DNA of 50,354 nucleotides from Enterobacteria phage vB_EcoS_IME18, in the sequence record MH051911; one strand, written 5' to 3'. The position numbers and the translations under genes were made by a program. The notes below the pieces were generated by a model. That model made no database searches. It was given only the letters and a program-made list of their open reading frames with translations, and was not told the origin of the DNA. This document shows positions 35,038 to 45,953 of the stretch, piece by piece (within the stretch, counting starts at the first letter, position 1; every line of letters starts with the position of its first letter).

Positions 35038-35265
35038 ATGAAAAAGTTAATCACCATTATCGCTGCGGCATTCATCCTGACTGGTTGCTCATCGATGCCT
35101 GAGCGCACTTGCACGGCAATTTATGAATCAGGCGGCGCGGAGTACTCGGTTTACGTTTTTGGATCTAAGATGCGCGGAAAGGAGATGGTATTGCGTGCTG
35201 GATACCCATTCTCCTTCAACTATGTATCAGAGAAAAACTTCAAATCTCACGATTGCTCGATATAA
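35038..35265 (+). CDS. Cor-like superinfection-exclusion lipoprotein (putative)
   Basis: 75 aa with signal MKKLITIIAAAFILTGC (lipobox LTGC); SD GAGGA; next to tail fibre/J genes where cor sits in T1/phi80-like phages. Confidence 0.45.
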   Translation: MKKLITIIAAAFILTGCSSMPERTCTAIYESGGAEYSVYVFGSKMRGKEMVLRAGYPFSFNYVSEKNFKSHDCSI

Positions 35266-35288
35266 AAGAAAAGCCCCGCAAGGGGCTT
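35262..35288 (-). terminator. intrinsic terminator after distal tail genes
   Basis: Stem AAGCCCC/GGGGCTT, loop GCAA, A-rich run on plus side (U-run on minus transcript). Confidence 0.6.
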
Positions 35289-35976
35289 AGTCGTACGCTG
35301 TCGTTTTGATTGCTGTTATAATATTTCCATTATTTGTGGTGTTCATTATCTGACCCGCCGCAGTGGTTGCTGCTGCGTTTATTCTCGTTGTGCTCCCATT
35401 GTACCTGCATGAACTGCCTGCTGTTGAGTTTCCTATTATGGGTTGCCCAGTTGGCAGCCTGCCAATAACAACTTGATAGTTGCCAAGTATAGTTGGAACA
35501 ACTGCGTAGCTTCCGCTGAGTGTTGTGTCTATGTTTAATCCGCCGCCAGCGTATCCAGGAGTGCCAATTGTAACCAAATCACTAAGAACTTTTGTCTCAT
35601 TTGTCAGCACTAGCTTTCCTGACGCATCCCATATCGCCATACCCCAGCTCGGTAGTGACTGCTCAAATATGGCAAATATGTAATATGTTAGTGTGTATGA
35701 TTGGTTTGCTGGATTTGTCCCCCTTATATAAACAGTTCCAACATTGGGTCCGCTTCTGAAAGTAAAGGCTGAAAGCGCGGTCCCCTGTTGCGTACTTGTT
35801 GTTTTGCAAAAAGCTATAACCGGAACACCTGTAGGTATCCGAACATATCTCTCCGCAACCTGTGAACCACTAACATTTACTGATTTAATTTCCCCTCTCG
35901 CATATAAAGCGAATGGCGTGGATAACGGGGTTATGAATGGGTTTCCGTTTACATCTATAAAAGCACCGTATGACAT
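35287..35976 (-). CDS. putative tail fibre / receptor-binding protein
   Basis: 229-aa Gly/Thr/Asn-rich ORF immediately downstream of J-like gene. Confidence 0.45.
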   Translation of the reverse strand: MSYGAFIDVNGNPFITPLSTPFALYARGEIKSVNVSGSQVAERYVRIPTGVPVIAFCKTTSTQQGTALSAFTFRSGPNVGTVYIRGTNPANQSYTLTYYIFAIFEQSLPSWGMAIWDASGKLVLTNETKVLSDLVTIGTPGYAGGGLNIDTTLSGSYAVVPTILGNYQVVIGRLPTGQPIIGNSTAGSSCRYNGSTTRINAAATTAAGQIMNTTNNGNIITAIKTTAYD

Positions 35977-36308
35977 TAATCATTCTCCAGATATGCTATT
36001 AAGTAACAGTTTGATGATGGGTGCACGTTTGGCCCAGGTGAGTTTGCTGGCGTTACTGTTATCGTATTGCCGCTAGCAATAATTTTCCTGCCAGGTCCGC
36101 TAATGGCGCCATCGTCAAGGCTTATAACGTAGTTCACACGCATACCAGGTGGTACTTGATAGCTGAACGATGCTGAATTCTGGCCTGCTGACAAAAAGCT
36201 CCAACCAACAACCGTGACAGGCTTAATTCCATAGTTATTATAAACGCCATTTGCGTCCCAAGTTGATATACCGTACGCCATAATAAATCCTCCAAAAGAA
36301 AAGGGCAT
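35976..36308 (-). CDS. putative tail protein
   Basis: 110-aa ORF between J-like gene and distal fibre gene; start/stop overlap. Confidence 0.4.
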   Translation of the reverse strand: MPFSFGGFIMAYGISTWDANGVYNNYGIKPVTVVGWSFLSAGQNSASFSYQVPPGMRVNYVISLDDGAISGPGRKIIASGNTITVTPANSPGPNVHPSSNCYLIAYLEND

Positions 36309-36326
36309 CTCTCGATGCCCTTGATA

Positions 36327-39300
36327 TTACCATGAACCAGTCAACCTGCCAATCTGAACCCTCAGGCGACCACTCGCATCCCTAACAGATATTGTGGTAT
36401 TAGTTTGCTTCATTGCACCCTCACCGTCACTTCCGTAGTTTTCGAATGTTCCACCCTTGTCAAGTCTCCAGCCAGCCTTGTTAACGACATAGTTATTCGA
36501 TTGAATAACATTACCAATCATCGCATTCGTGATGAATCCGTTCTTAATAATGGCGCTATTAAGAATCACCTGATTACCTTCAACAACGAAAGGATACTGA
36601 GTCTGACCGTTCATCCCTGTCATGATTGCAAATCGCGACGCCTCGAATAGAATTTGCGCCTTAACAGCTGCGCCGGAACCAATCAGAGACATAGCCATGC
36701 CTGCGCTATATTCCTGTCCGTTGTATTTCAGACCCAGCTTGACGCCGTACATTGCACCAGTCGAATCTGCATTGCTCCACGAATCAAGTTTTTGAGAAAG
36801 TGCTGCCTCATTATCCCCAAGCCTCGCGCTTAATGACAAGTCAGCTTGCGTTCTCGCCTCAGTCTCGTTTGCTATAGCCTCTCTGATATCAGTCAAACTT
36901 GCCTGAATATCATCACCAATCTCTGCCCTGAGTTGGTCAATTTCACGCGATAGCGCTCCAGTCTCAGTTGCGATAACTTCACGCAATTCGCTATTGCTTG
37001 CACTAATCTGATCACCAAAACTTGCCCTTAACTGCTCAACTGCTGTTACTCGCGCCTGAGTCTCATCAGCAATAAGTTGCAGTGATTTGGTGTACTCTGC
37101 TTTTCGTTTTCCGTTCTCCTTCTTCATGTAGATCGCGTCTTTGTCATTAGCTAGAGCGTTCTCAATTGCTGCCTCTGCGTTCGCTGCGTTCTGCGCCGCG
37201 TTGTCGGTTGCGTTATCAACAAGCCACTCGTAACCCGGCGAGTTTTCGATATCGACAGAAATCTCCCCAATGATATCGTCAACGTTTGTTGATGCCATAC
37301 CTCTGACAAAATCAGTCCACTGAGACACGTTACCGATCCTGTCAACCGTCCTTACCCGATACCACACAATATTCCCTCCAGGCATCGGTGAGTGATAATA
37401 CTCATGCTGCGGATACGGAATCAAAGAAAGCAAACTTGCGTTATCCACTGTTCCATCCGGTGACTGCTGCAACTCCGTATAGGCCGTATCTCCAGAACCA
37501 TCAGAGAACCCCCATTTTGTACGGATACCAAAAACAACATCATCCGTAGCTGTAAGGTTAATCGGTCGGCCCGGTTCACCCTGTTTACCCGTCAACGTTG
37601 CCGCGACGATATTTGACCAGCCTGAAGTTGTGCCAGAACCAGCGACGGAGCGCACGCGAACCTGATAGTTGCCAGCGTAAATCCCTTCAACATAAACCTC
37701 CTTGTTTGCCGTCTGCGGGACGTTCTGCCAGTTGCCATTATCCTTTCGCCACTGGACGTCATAGAAAACTGCGTACGGCACTTTATCCCAGCTAACAATC
37801 ATCGTTTCTACGCTCATCCCCTGGACGATTCGTGACTCTGAGGACACTTGCACGTTTTCCGGTCTAGGGATCTGATCTGGTTCAACGATGCTCGTCGGTC
37901 GGTCGTCGATATTAACTCCGTAATCAATCTCATCGTACTTGTTAGGATCGTACTCCACCGCCGTTATTTTGTAGGTAAATTCCTCATCATCATCGCCCTT
38001 ATCGATTTTTGTCACGACGTACTGCTGTAACGCAATGTCGGTGCGGTCGATAGCGAATACCGTGTTAGGCTTCACAGGAAAGCCAAAGCCAATGTTAACC
38101 TCTATAGTCTTACCATCCGCACTAACACTTGATATTGTGCGCTTCACGGGCTTGCCATCTGGCTTATTTACGATAATGAAGTCACCCGCGCGTGCATCCA
38201 CCCGGAACGGCAAGAAAATCTGACTACCGGATACTTCGAGCAAGCGCCCTGATAGGTTCATCGTCAAGTTACTTGACCAGAAGTTATCAGCTATTGCCAC
38301 AACATCTCCGATTGTCGGGATCATACCCTCAAGTCCGGTAGCGAAGTTTACCGTAGTGCTGCGGAGGTTAGTTTTCAGAATCCATCTCCCGCGTCGGTTG
38401 GCCTCGCTTCGACGTGTGCAGCCGATCGCTGTAATGCTCGTTACGTTGTTCCCGAACCGTAGAGTAGCCTCACGATCGAATACTGGCTCAACGTCCTGCT
38501 GATACATGTTTTGCTCGTCGTCAAACATCACATTACACGTCGTGTACATGCTCTTTTCGCTTGCAAACGTGTAGGAGAAGTCACCATTAACCACGTTGTC
38601 GTTAGTGAAGATGTACGCAGGCTCACGCGGCCTATCGATGATTACCGAAATGCTTTCGCCATTCCAAAAGCTCATACCTCGAAAGATTGAGCAAATATCT
38701 CGAATAACCTTGTAAGCGTCAGTCTGAGACTGGATTATCACGTCGCAAAGGTATCGAGGTTCCGTCCCGCCCTTCCCATCAGGAACCATCTGATCGCAAT
38801 ATTGCGCAGCCTCGTAGAGCGCCCATTTATCGACAGCGATACCAAGCTCTTTCTGATCCAAGCCGTAACGCTGATTAATCATCAGGTCATAAAGAACCCA
38901 CGCCGGATTATTCGTCCATGCTTTTTTGAAAGTGCCATCCCAATTGCCGTTGTATGTTCGCGATTCTGTGTCGTAGTTCGACGGAACGCTTACAATCTTC
39001 CAGCGCTTACGAATTGAGATCGTAGGTAACTGGTTTGGGAACATCTTCGAATCGAACTCTACGAAAAGAAGACCAGTCAGAGGATATCGGAATTTGGCAT
39101 CAATGACCTCGGCATAGCTTCTTACCTGGATTGCATCAACGACATTCGAGTCATTGGAATCAGGCGTCTTTCGAACAACTCTGAATATTACCTGATTGTT
39201 GAAGTTAGGCAGGTTTACGCGACGGCTTCGATCATAACCTGACATTGTTTTACCTTCGATTACGTCAGTAAGAACAGTCTCAAACGAACCGCCATCAACC

Positions 39301-39746
39301 GCTTGCTGCACCTCGTACTCAACTCGAACGCCGTTTTTATCACCATTGCTTTCAATTCGTACACCTCGAGGCATAAACATTTTGATGCGTATTGCCGATA
39401 GTGTTTTATTGGTTACTGAGATCGTGTATGGGTTATCGGTAGTAACCTCACGATTTACAGTTACCTCACTTGAGCTATCTTCCATGCCCTTGATGTATTC
39501 CTGCGTCTGAGTTCCCGGCCTGAACTCAGCCCTTACCCCTTCGAAGTTGAATGATCCATCCTCGTTTTGCACCGGAACTGAGTTAAACATCAACTGCTTT
39601 AGGCTGAATGTTTCGTCAATTTCACCATCAGATACAGCTAACAGGATCTTGATTTTGTTGATTGAGATTAGATTGTCCTCCATCTCAACTGGGTTATGAG
39701 GCTTCTGTGACCCACCTTTAGATCCGCTTATCACTTTTTGAATCAT
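36327..39746 (-). CDS. tail tip / host specificity protein (lambda gpJ-like)
   Basis: 1139 aa; follows I/K/L/M-like genes in lambda order. Confidence 0.75.
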   Translation of the reverse strand: MIQKVISGSKGGSQKPHNPVEMEDNLISINKIKILLAVSDGEIDETFSLKQLMFNSVPVQNEDGSFNFEGVRAEFRPGTQTQEYIKGMEDSSSEVTVNREVTTDNPYTISVTNKTLSAIRIKMFMPRGVRIESNGDKNGVRVEYEVQQAVDGGSFETVLTDVIEGKTMSGYDRSRRVNLPNFNNQVIFRVVRKTPDSNDSNVVDAIQVRSYAEVIDAKFRYPLTGLLFVEFDSKMFPNQLPTISIRKRWKIVSVPSNYDTESRTYNGNWDGTFKKAWTNNPAWVLYDLMINQRYGLDQKELGIAVDKWALYEAAQYCDQMVPDGKGGTEPRYLCDVIIQSQTDAYKVIRDICSIFRGMSFWNGESISVIIDRPREPAYIFTNDNVVNGDFSYTFASEKSMYTTCNVMFDDEQNMYQQDVEPVFDREATLRFGNNVTSITAIGCTRRSEANRRGRWILKTNLRSTTVNFATGLEGMIPTIGDVVAIADNFWSSNLTMNLSGRLLEVSGSQIFLPFRVDARAGDFIIVNKPDGKPVKRTISSVSADGKTIEVNIGFGFPVKPNTVFAIDRTDIALQQYVVTKIDKGDDDEEFTYKITAVEYDPNKYDEIDYGVNIDDRPTSIVEPDQIPRPENVQVSSESRIVQGMSVETMIVSWDKVPYAVFYDVQWRKDNGNWQNVPQTANKEVYVEGIYAGNYQVRVRSVAGSGTTSGWSNIVAATLTGKQGEPGRPINLTATDDVVFGIRTKWGFSDGSGDTAYTELQQSPDGTVDNASLLSLIPYPQHEYYHSPMPGGNIVWYRVRTVDRIGNVSQWTDFVRGMASTNVDDIIGEISVDIENSPGYEWLVDNATDNAAQNAANAEAAIENALANDKDAIYMKKENGKRKAEYTKSLQLIADETQARVTAVEQLRASFGDQISASNSELREVIATETGALSREIDQLRAEIGDDIQASLTDIREAIANETEARTQADLSLSARLGDNEAALSQKLDSWSNADSTGAMYGVKLGLKYNGQEYSAGMAMSLIGSGAAVKAQILFEASRFAIMTGMNGQTQYPFVVEGNQVILNSAIIKNGFITNAMIGNVIQSNNYVVNKAGWRLDKGGTFENYGSDGEGAMKQTNTTISVRDASGRLRVQIGRLTGSW

Positions 39747-39782
39747 GATGTTTACCTTTTTGTGCTATTTATCAGTGGACTC

Positions 39783-39809
39783 ATTATACAGGCGAAAAAA
39801 AACCCGCGC
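39783..39809 (-). terminator. intrinsic terminator/attenuator between I-like and J-like genes
   Basis: Stem AACCCGC/GCGGGTT preceded by A8 on plus (U-run on minus transcript). Confidence 0.55.
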
Positions 39810-39823
39810 AAGGCGGGTTAATT

Positions 39824-40423
39824 TTAACTCATATCCTCGGCATAAGAACCTGCTGAGAAAGTTGCGCCACCTCCTGCGCGATATCCATACGGGACCGGGA
39901 GAGGGTATCCCGCCGCCGTCGTATTGACAGCACCGCCGAACGCGTACGAAGGTTTATTCTTGCTTGATTGAACTTCAAAGTTTGCGCCACCCGGCTGCGG
40001 TGAAATCATCTGCATCACGCCGCCCAGCACCATAGCGCCGCCCATCATAAACAGAGACGAGGACATTGTGCCCATTAAAGCCAGAGACGCGCCGCCAGTA
40101 TAGAATGCTGCAACCATTATTGCCGCGCCCAATACAACCTGAAATAGACCTCCTGTCTTAGAGCCAGTAGGGATCGGTACGATTCTTATCTCTTTCGCGC
40201 ACTTGAATTTTTCCTCTTCATGGTGTCCCACGTTAACGCCATCCACAAATATTGCAAACTTGCTACGAGATCCTACCTCGCTTTGCATGTATTCTTTAAA
40301 TCCGTCCACCTGACTGGATAGCGCCCGTATGGCTTCCGGGTAAGAGTCAACAGCGTAACGGTGAAAGACGCCGAAGCGTCTCCCAAGTGAACCTGACAAT
40401 TTAATTACTTTTACATCATTCAT
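39824..40423 (-). CDS. tail assembly protein (lambda gpI-like)
   Basis: 199 aa with Gly/Met-rich hydrophobic C-terminal half; ATGA overlap with K-like gene. Confidence 0.65.
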   Translation of the reverse strand: MNDVKVIKLSGSLGRRFGVFHRYAVDSYPEAIRALSSQVDGFKEYMQSEVGSRSKFAIFVDGVNVGHHEEEKFKCAKEIRIVPIPTGSKTGGLFQVVLGAAIMVAAFYTGGASLALMGTMSSSLFMMGGAMVLGGVMQMISPQPGGANFEVQSSKNKPSYAFGGAVNTTAAGYPLPVPYGYRAGGGATFSAGSYAEDMS

Positions 40424-41154
40424 AATTTAAGATCCTTATGGCGAACGATTAAAACAGTATGATCCTGATACCATCCGGAATAAATATCACGACGAGATAG
40501 CTTGCCGAAGGCATGATGCAAGATCTGATTATCTCCCAGGTAAATCCCTGCATGGTTCCATACCGGAACGTTTTGCCCTATCTGCATGATTACCATATCA
40601 CCGAATGACGGATTATTCTGATCTGGAATCTCAACGAAGCCATCCTTCTTGTAATAATCCTGATAGAGATTAATTCCGTACTCAGGTTTCCACCATTCAA
40701 AATTCAATCGGCGATCGCGCAATTCTACGCCGTGCTCTTTGTGCCATGCAATAACAAGACCGTAACAGTCGAATGATCCTAATGACCACGGACGACCAAT
40801 CAGAGGCAATTTCTCCGGCTTCACAAATCGCATATCCCCTTCCGGCACGCTAACAATAATCCAGGTAACTTCCATCTCGTTGCACATGCACGTATCGTGA
40901 GCGCTTGGTAGAGTTGTAGCCCCGTCTCCTGTGTGGCTGTGAACAATTGCTATTGTTGTTGATTCCGCATCGTCCTCAATGCAAGCGTATTGTACAGCAT
41001 CCATCATGAAATGATTCTCGGGATCGCGGTGTACATTATCAACGCGATGGTATTTTTGTACGCGGCCCTTTTGGGTGACTACCCCACAGCATTCGCGAGG
41101 ATATTCTTCTTGAGCGTGAGTCATAATTTCAAGTTTAATTTTTGCACTAATCAT
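40420..41154 (-). CDS. tail assembly protein (lambda gpK-like, JAB/MPN plus NlpC/P60)
   Basis: JAMM-like motif IVHSHTGDGATTLPSAHD; Cys/His-containing C-terminal domain; start chosen at ATGA overlap. Confidence 0.7.
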   Translation of the reverse strand: MISAKIKLEIMTHAQEEYPRECCGVVTQKGRVQKYHRVDNVHRDPENHFMMDAVQYACIEDDAESTTIAIVHSHTGDGATTLPSAHDTCMCNEMEVTWIIVSVPEGDMRFVKPEKLPLIGRPWSLGSFDCYGLVIAWHKEHGVELRDRRLNFEWWKPEYGINLYQDYYKKDGFVEIPDQNNPSFGDMVIMQIGQNVPVWNHAGIYLGDNQILHHAFGKLSRRDIYSGWYQDHTVLIVRHKDLKL

Positions 41155-41933
41155 TGATTTTTCCTCTGTAGTGAAGCGACTGCGCAACCGCCAAAATCCA
41201 ATTCATTGTTTGCGCCGAATCTCAGGCGGCAGGCCGTTACCGTTCCCGGGCAAAAATCCAGCGAAGGATCGTCTACCGGATTATTGTCTTTATCGAAGTA
41301 ACCATTTTGCCCGTTGTATCCGCACCCCTTCCCGGTTTTATACCATCCCCTCTGCGCCCAATAGCAAACGCTTTGAGTTAGTCGTGACGGTATCATGATT
41401 CCATCCATATCATAAGGAGACGTTAGATCGAACCTGGCGACACTCTTATCAACATAGTTCGGACGCTCGATATAGTATACCAGTTTACGGTAAGCTCCGT
41501 CAGCGATTGAGCCGTTAGGTTGAATTAAGTCCTTTTGAGTGATCCAGATAGTCACCTTAGCTTGCATTAGTCCGTTATATGCACGAATCATCGCAGATAC
41601 GCGACTATCGATGTTTGCCACCGTTAATTGTGGCTTTGTGGCCTTGCCGGAACTGTCGAACGAGATCCCGGATATACCGAAAGGTCGCGCGCCGTATTGC
41701 TCGCCACGGAAGGTGATTTCTTTCGGCGGTAGCGTTCCGGTTTGCTGTGCCTGCATGATTTCTTCTGGAGTGTACTGGATATTTTCCCCGTGGAAACGGT
41801 ACACCTGAGCGCCGAACTTGCTGCCATCAACTTCAATCAGAGTGATTATCTCTCCAGGGTATAGTGATTGAAGGCAGTTGTGAAACAGGCTCTTCCCGCT
41901 TTCTTCATCATAAAGTTTTTTGTTTTCGCTCAT
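41151..41933 (-). CDS. minor tail protein (lambda gpL-like)
   Basis: Start reassigned to ATG 41931-41933 (SD AGAGGA); position between M-like and K-like genes. Confidence 0.65.
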   Translation of the reverse strand: MSENKKLYDEESGKSLFHNCLQSLYPGEIITLIEVDGSKFGAQVYRFHGENIQYTPEEIMQAQQTGTLPPKEITFRGEQYGARPFGISGISFDSSGKATKPQLTVANIDSRVSAMIRAYNGLMQAKVTIWITQKDLIQPNGSIADGAYRKLVYYIERPNYVDKSVARFDLTSPYDMDGIMIPSRLTQSVCYWAQRGWYKTGKGCGYNGQNGYFDKDNNPVDDPSLDFCPGTVTACRLRFGANNELDFGGCAVASLQRKNQ

Positions 41934-41973
41934 TGTCTTTTCCTCTTGTTTAGTTGCAACCATTCTACAGCTA

Positions 41974-41996
41974 CAAAAAAACCCGCGCAAGGCGGG
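41974..41996 (-). terminator. intrinsic terminator/attenuator between M-like and L-like genes
   Basis: Stem CCCGC/GCGGG, A8 run on plus (U-run on minus transcript). Confidence 0.5.
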
Positions 41997-42012
41997 CTTT
42001 TGTCATGAAGTG

Positions 42013-42366
42013 CTATTCCATAGATGTAAACTGCTCCATAAACGTGACATTAATTTCCATCACGTCGCGTGATACTGGCTTCGCACCCAGGCTGTTAGGC
42101 TTAACAACCCATATTCCGATCTTCCCGTCCGGCGGCGTCCATGCGAAAGGTTTAATGCGGTGAGAATCACAGAAGTCGTAAACAGCCATGAAATCTTCCC
42201 CAGCATAGACAACTGAATACTCGCGTCGCGTGGTGTTAAATCCAGAAGATGCAAGCTGCATGTAGCCGTTTCCAAACTGTATGGATCTGTCATTGTTGGT
42301 AGTTGTAAGGGAGCCGCCGCCCCCTTGAACCTGCGTACACCAACTGAAAGTGTCAAGTGTCGCCAT
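42013..42366 (-). CDS. minor tail protein (lambda gpM-like)
   Basis: 117 aa; immediately downstream of tape measure gene. Confidence 0.65.
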   Translation of the reverse strand: MATLDTFSWCTQVQGGGGSLTTTNNDRSIQFGNGYMQLASSGFNTTRREYSVVYAGEDFMAVYDFCDSHRIKPFAWTPPDGKIGIWVVKPNSLGAKPVSRDVMEINVTFMEQFTSME

Positions 42367-42368
42367 TA

Positions 42369-45242
42369 TTAGCCTCCTGTTTTTTCCTGAATGTAATTGT
42401 AAACCTCACCGCCCTGTGAACAAGACTCTCGAATCATTTTTTTGAACATCATTTCTACGCCCTGAGAAATTCCTCTCGGATCTGAACCGTTGTCAACTTT
42501 AACCTCCATACCCCTAACATCAACGACCGTCCCGCCTGCTGATTGGTTCACTGCCTTCGGTGCGGATTTAGATGCGTTAAATCCAGATGTTGCAACACTA
42601 CCCGCAGCGGCAGCAAGCGAGGTAACAGCGACGCCTGAAGATAAAGACCTAAAACCAGAGACGGCAGGCGTAGGAGTTGCCTGTGATACCGCAGAAGCAC
42701 CAGGCGACACCCCTCCAGCAAAGCTCCACGTCTTACCGCCCATCATGCCTGAGATCGTATTGAAGATTACCATTTGAGCAATCATCTTGATAATCATGCT
42801 AATGATGTTTTTCGCAAAGTCCTCAAAATTTGCCTTACCTGTAGTCAGGAATTGGGTCATCATGTCACTCATTCCGTTAAGTGAACTTGACGCGATATCA
42901 TACACGTTGCCGTACATATCCATTGCAGAATCGCCGTAATCTGCAAATGCACTTTCAGCACCTGCTAACCAGTCAGAACGCTTGGCATCTTCCGCAGCAT
43001 AGTAATCATTTTGTGCCTTGATCATGTTCTGGAGTTTTTCATCTCCTTCGCTGCCACCTGCATTAATATAATCAGTAGTGATCTTAGCCAACTCAGCTTG
43101 CCTTTCCATTTCTCGGGTGCTCATCCCTCGAGACGCGTTTAGCTGTTCTGTAGCTGCCGTCAAATCATTGACAAATTTCAGTGATTTATCGGTAAGAGCG
43201 TTCAACTGCTGCTGCTTAACAATCTGATCGCCAATCTCAGCCTTTTGTTTCGCAAGCTCTAAAACCTTCTCTTGGTTTGCAAGTAGTGCTTTTTCTTCCG
43301 CAGATAGCTGACGCTTAGAACTAGCTTCTCGAAGAACAGCAATTGTAGCCTCAGTCGTAAACAGCGCCTTTCTCTGTGCTGATATTTTTTGCCCGATCTC
43401 CTTGTGCTCCTGCAAAACCTTAAGCTGCGCTTTGAGTGAAATTAACTCCTTATCGAATTGCTCTGTAGGTGAGCGTAAAATTTTCGACTGCTTATTTCGT
43501 TCACGGTTTCGCTTTTCGATCTCTTCCGCTTCTTCCTTGATAGCGTCCTTAGTTTCCTGGCTATACTGCTTTTCAAGAGTACGGCGCTGCTTCATTGCTT
43601 CAATGTATCCCATCTCACCTTTTTCAACACGGGCGTTAATGGCATCAAGCTCTGAAGCTAACTGATCGTAGTTGTCACGAGAACTTTTTACAATATTCTC
43701 CTGTTCCTTTAGTACATCAGCACCAAAATCACTCATGCCAGGCAGGGACTGTGTAGCCTTAATTGCAGATGCGATAAAGTTTGAGATGTACTCATCACCC
43801 TTAGCAAGAATCATTTTCACCTGAATTACTGTACCTTGAACTACGTCAATAATCAGGTTTAACGCTCCGAGCGTATGATCCCCAACCCATCCCCACGCAT
43901 CAGAGGCCCACTGCTTAATATCGTTCCACATTTTTTCAAGAGGTGTGGCATTGTCTGCGATCGACTTCATTCGTTTTTCCATTACATCGGCGAATAATTT
44001 CGTGGCTTCAGACACTGCCTCCGTTTCACCCTTAGTACGGCTTAGAGTATCGATGTATGTCAGCTGTCCTTTTTCTAAAAAATTGTATTGCTCGTTAAGT
44101 TTAGCTAAACCCTTTACAGGATCGCTTGCGATTTTATCGAACTCAGCGATGATTTTACTTGCTGATTTTCCGGTTGCTGTCGACCACTCAGCGGTAGCTT
44201 TTGTGATGTTCTGAATCTGCTCTCGAGTATACTTCCCCGTACTGGCAAGTTCAGTAACAATATCACGAATACTTCCAACGGTTGAGTTACTTGTCTGCGC
44301 AACCTTTTTAGCAACCAAATCAAGATCATCAGCCGTAACTCCAGCATAACCTCCAGTCTCAATAAGTGCATTCTGCATATCAGTTATTGACTTGTAAGAG
44401 TCATAACCAGCTTTCGCAAGAAGACCTAAAGAACCGACAAGAACACCAACGCCAACTGTGACAGGATTAATATAGCTTAGCAATACCTTAAACGTATTCC
44501 CGATCCCGCCGAACGAGTCCTTGATTTGACCGCCTTGCTGGATGGCAACCATCCAAACTGGCATACCGGACGCAAGAGATGTAACGACGTCGGTAATCTG
44601 TGCAGGAAGCATTCGCATTGCCTGCCTATATTGCCCTGCGCTAATACCTGCGGCATTCATGGCTCTACCCTGTTCTTTCAGTTTTGCGATCAGGGGCGCT
44701 GCTTCATTTGATAGTCCAAGCTGAGCCGCTTTCAGTTCCATTAACTCTGCGTGAGTTTTGCCAATGGCGTTAACCTGACTGTTCAGGGAATCCATGAACG
44801 CTTTGTTTTTCGCTGCCGCCTGCTCTTTTGCTTTCGCCTCCTGCAATGCTGCCTGACCTTCTTCTGTAAGCATGGCCCGGCTGCGAGCAAGTTTTGCGTT
44901 TTGCATATCCAGCATTTCACCTAACCGGAAAAATGTTTCATCTGGAACGACGCCCTTTTGCCAGAGCTTGTCAAGCTGCTGAGATGCAATCTTCAGCCTT
45001 TCCATTTTTGATACTGTAGGATCGATTGCCTTTTCTACAGCCTCGTACTCTTTTCGCTGGCGCTTAAGTTGCTCAGCGTGTTCTTTAGCCTTCTGTTTTG
45101 CAACCTCAGCCTCATTGATTAAAGACCCCATAGAGTCAGCGGCTTGGTCGTTAGCTTTTGAAAACTCTTTCAATGACTTGACGGCGCGCTGCACTGTCGA
45201 CACATCAACGTCAAGCGATAGACCTGCTACCTTATCAACCAT
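42369..45242 (-). CDS. tail tape measure protein
   Basis: 957 aa, long Ala/Gln/Lys-rich coiled-coil regions, Gly/Met-rich hydrophobic segment; follows G/G-T chaperones. Confidence 0.85.
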   Translation of the reverse strand: MVDKVAGLSLDVDVSTVQRAVKSLKEFSKANDQAADSMGSLINEAEVAKQKAKEHAEQLKRQRKEYEAVEKAIDPTVSKMERLKIASQQLDKLWQKGVVPDETFFRLGEMLDMQNAKLARSRAMLTEEGQAALQEAKAKEQAAAKNKAFMDSLNSQVNAIGKTHAELMELKAAQLGLSNEAAPLIAKLKEQGRAMNAAGISAGQYRQAMRMLPAQITDVVTSLASGMPVWMVAIQQGGQIKDSFGGIGNTFKVLLSYINPVTVGVGVLVGSLGLLAKAGYDSYKSITDMQNALIETGGYAGVTADDLDLVAKKVAQTSNSTVGSIRDIVTELASTGKYTREQIQNITKATAEWSTATGKSASKIIAEFDKIASDPVKGLAKLNEQYNFLEKGQLTYIDTLSRTKGETEAVSEATKLFADVMEKRMKSIADNATPLEKMWNDIKQWASDAWGWVGDHTLGALNLIIDVVQGTVIQVKMILAKGDEYISNFIASAIKATQSLPGMSDFGADVLKEQENIVKSSRDNYDQLASELDAINARVEKGEMGYIEAMKQRRTLEKQYSQETKDAIKEEAEEIEKRNRERNKQSKILRSPTEQFDKELISLKAQLKVLQEHKEIGQKISAQRKALFTTEATIAVLREASSKRQLSAEEKALLANQEKVLELAKQKAEIGDQIVKQQQLNALTDKSLKFVNDLTAATEQLNASRGMSTREMERQAELAKITTDYINAGGSEGDEKLQNMIKAQNDYYAAEDAKRSDWLAGAESAFADYGDSAMDMYGNVYDIASSSLNGMSDMMTQFLTTGKANFEDFAKNIISMIIKMIAQMVIFNTISGMMGGKTWSFAGGVSPGASAVSQATPTPAVSGFRSLSSGVAVTSLAAAAGSVATSGFNASKSAPKAVNQSAGGTVVDVRGMEVKVDNGSDPRGISQGVEMMFKKMIRESCSQGGEVYNYIQEKTGG

Positions 45243-45258
45243 ATAACCCCCTTATATA

Positions 45259-45281
45259 CAAAAAAACCGCCAAACGGCGGC
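45259..45281 (-). terminator. hairpin plus U-run between chaperone and tape measure genes
   Basis: Stem CCGCC/GGCGG with A-run on plus (U-run on minus transcript). Confidence 0.45.
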
Positions 45282-45916
45282 TTAGTTATTCTGCTTAGCA
45301 ATCATTTCGAGCGCTTTCGCTTCCATGATCCTAACGTCCTGCAATGCCAGTTCTTCATCCTCTATTTTATAGATTTTAAACAACATAGGCAAAACATTAT
45401 AATCAAGACCGTAAGCGCCAGCGCCTGAACTTCTCCACTGAGTGAGCATTGATGTAAAAACATTCCAAGCCTTCAACATTTCAGCGTCGCCAATTATCGT
45501 TTCCGGTTCCTCGTCTTCATAGTCAGAAAGACTTAAACCAACCGATCGCAATTGTTCCTCTGTTGGCGGCTTCTGATATAACAGATAGACCGCCTTTTTT
45601 AGTTTTTTGCGCGGTGTCCGGCAAGCGCCTTGATGTAAGTCGCTGTCAGGTTGTACGCTGCGGAAGGATAATACTGAACCAGTTTTCGTGAATTTTCTTC
45701 GTTAAATTCTTCTTCAAGGTTCCATCCTGACGCGATCTTGGTAATGAACTCGCTGTCGTTCATTTCTCCCTGGTTAGCATACATGTCCTGAACTTCTTTA
45801 CTGGAAAGGTGGCGCACAGTGAAAATGATCGTTGCATCTTCACCGTTAGGCATGGTGAAGGTAACTGGAAGTTTGAAGTCTGGAAGTTGACCAAGAACGA
45901 AATTAAATTTAGCCAT
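45282..45916 (-). CDS. tail assembly chaperone G-T fusion (via programmed -1 frameshift)
   Basis: T-frame ORF is open upstream of its annotated start and overlaps G; slippery heptamer A_AAA_AAC at G stop. Confidence 0.6.
45599..45916 (-). CDS. tail assembly chaperone (lambda gpG-like)
   Basis: 105 aa; SD AGGAGAA; ends in slippery site AAAAAAC followed by TAA. Confidence 0.65.
   Translation of the reverse strand: MAKFNFVLGQLPDFKLPVTFTMPNGEDATIIFTVRHLSSKEVQDMYANQGEMNDSEFITKIASGWNLEEEFNEENSRKLVQYYPSAAYNLTATYIKALAGHRAKN
45602..45608 (-). other. -1 programmed ribosomal frameshift slippery site AAAAAAC
   Basis: mRNA reads GCA AAA AAC TAA; -1 slip gives AAA AAA CUA and continues into 45282..45598 frame. 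Confidence 0.6.
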
Positions 45917-45938
45917 GATATTTCTCCTGATTGGTTAA

Positions 45939-45953
45939 TAGCACTTTTTGTTA
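45939..45953 (+). promoter_or_regulatory. palindromic box adjacent to chaperone G RBS
   Basis: TAGCACTTTTTGTTA about 20 bp upstream of G start on opposite strand; TACGAT 22 nt downstream on plus. Confidence 0.4.
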
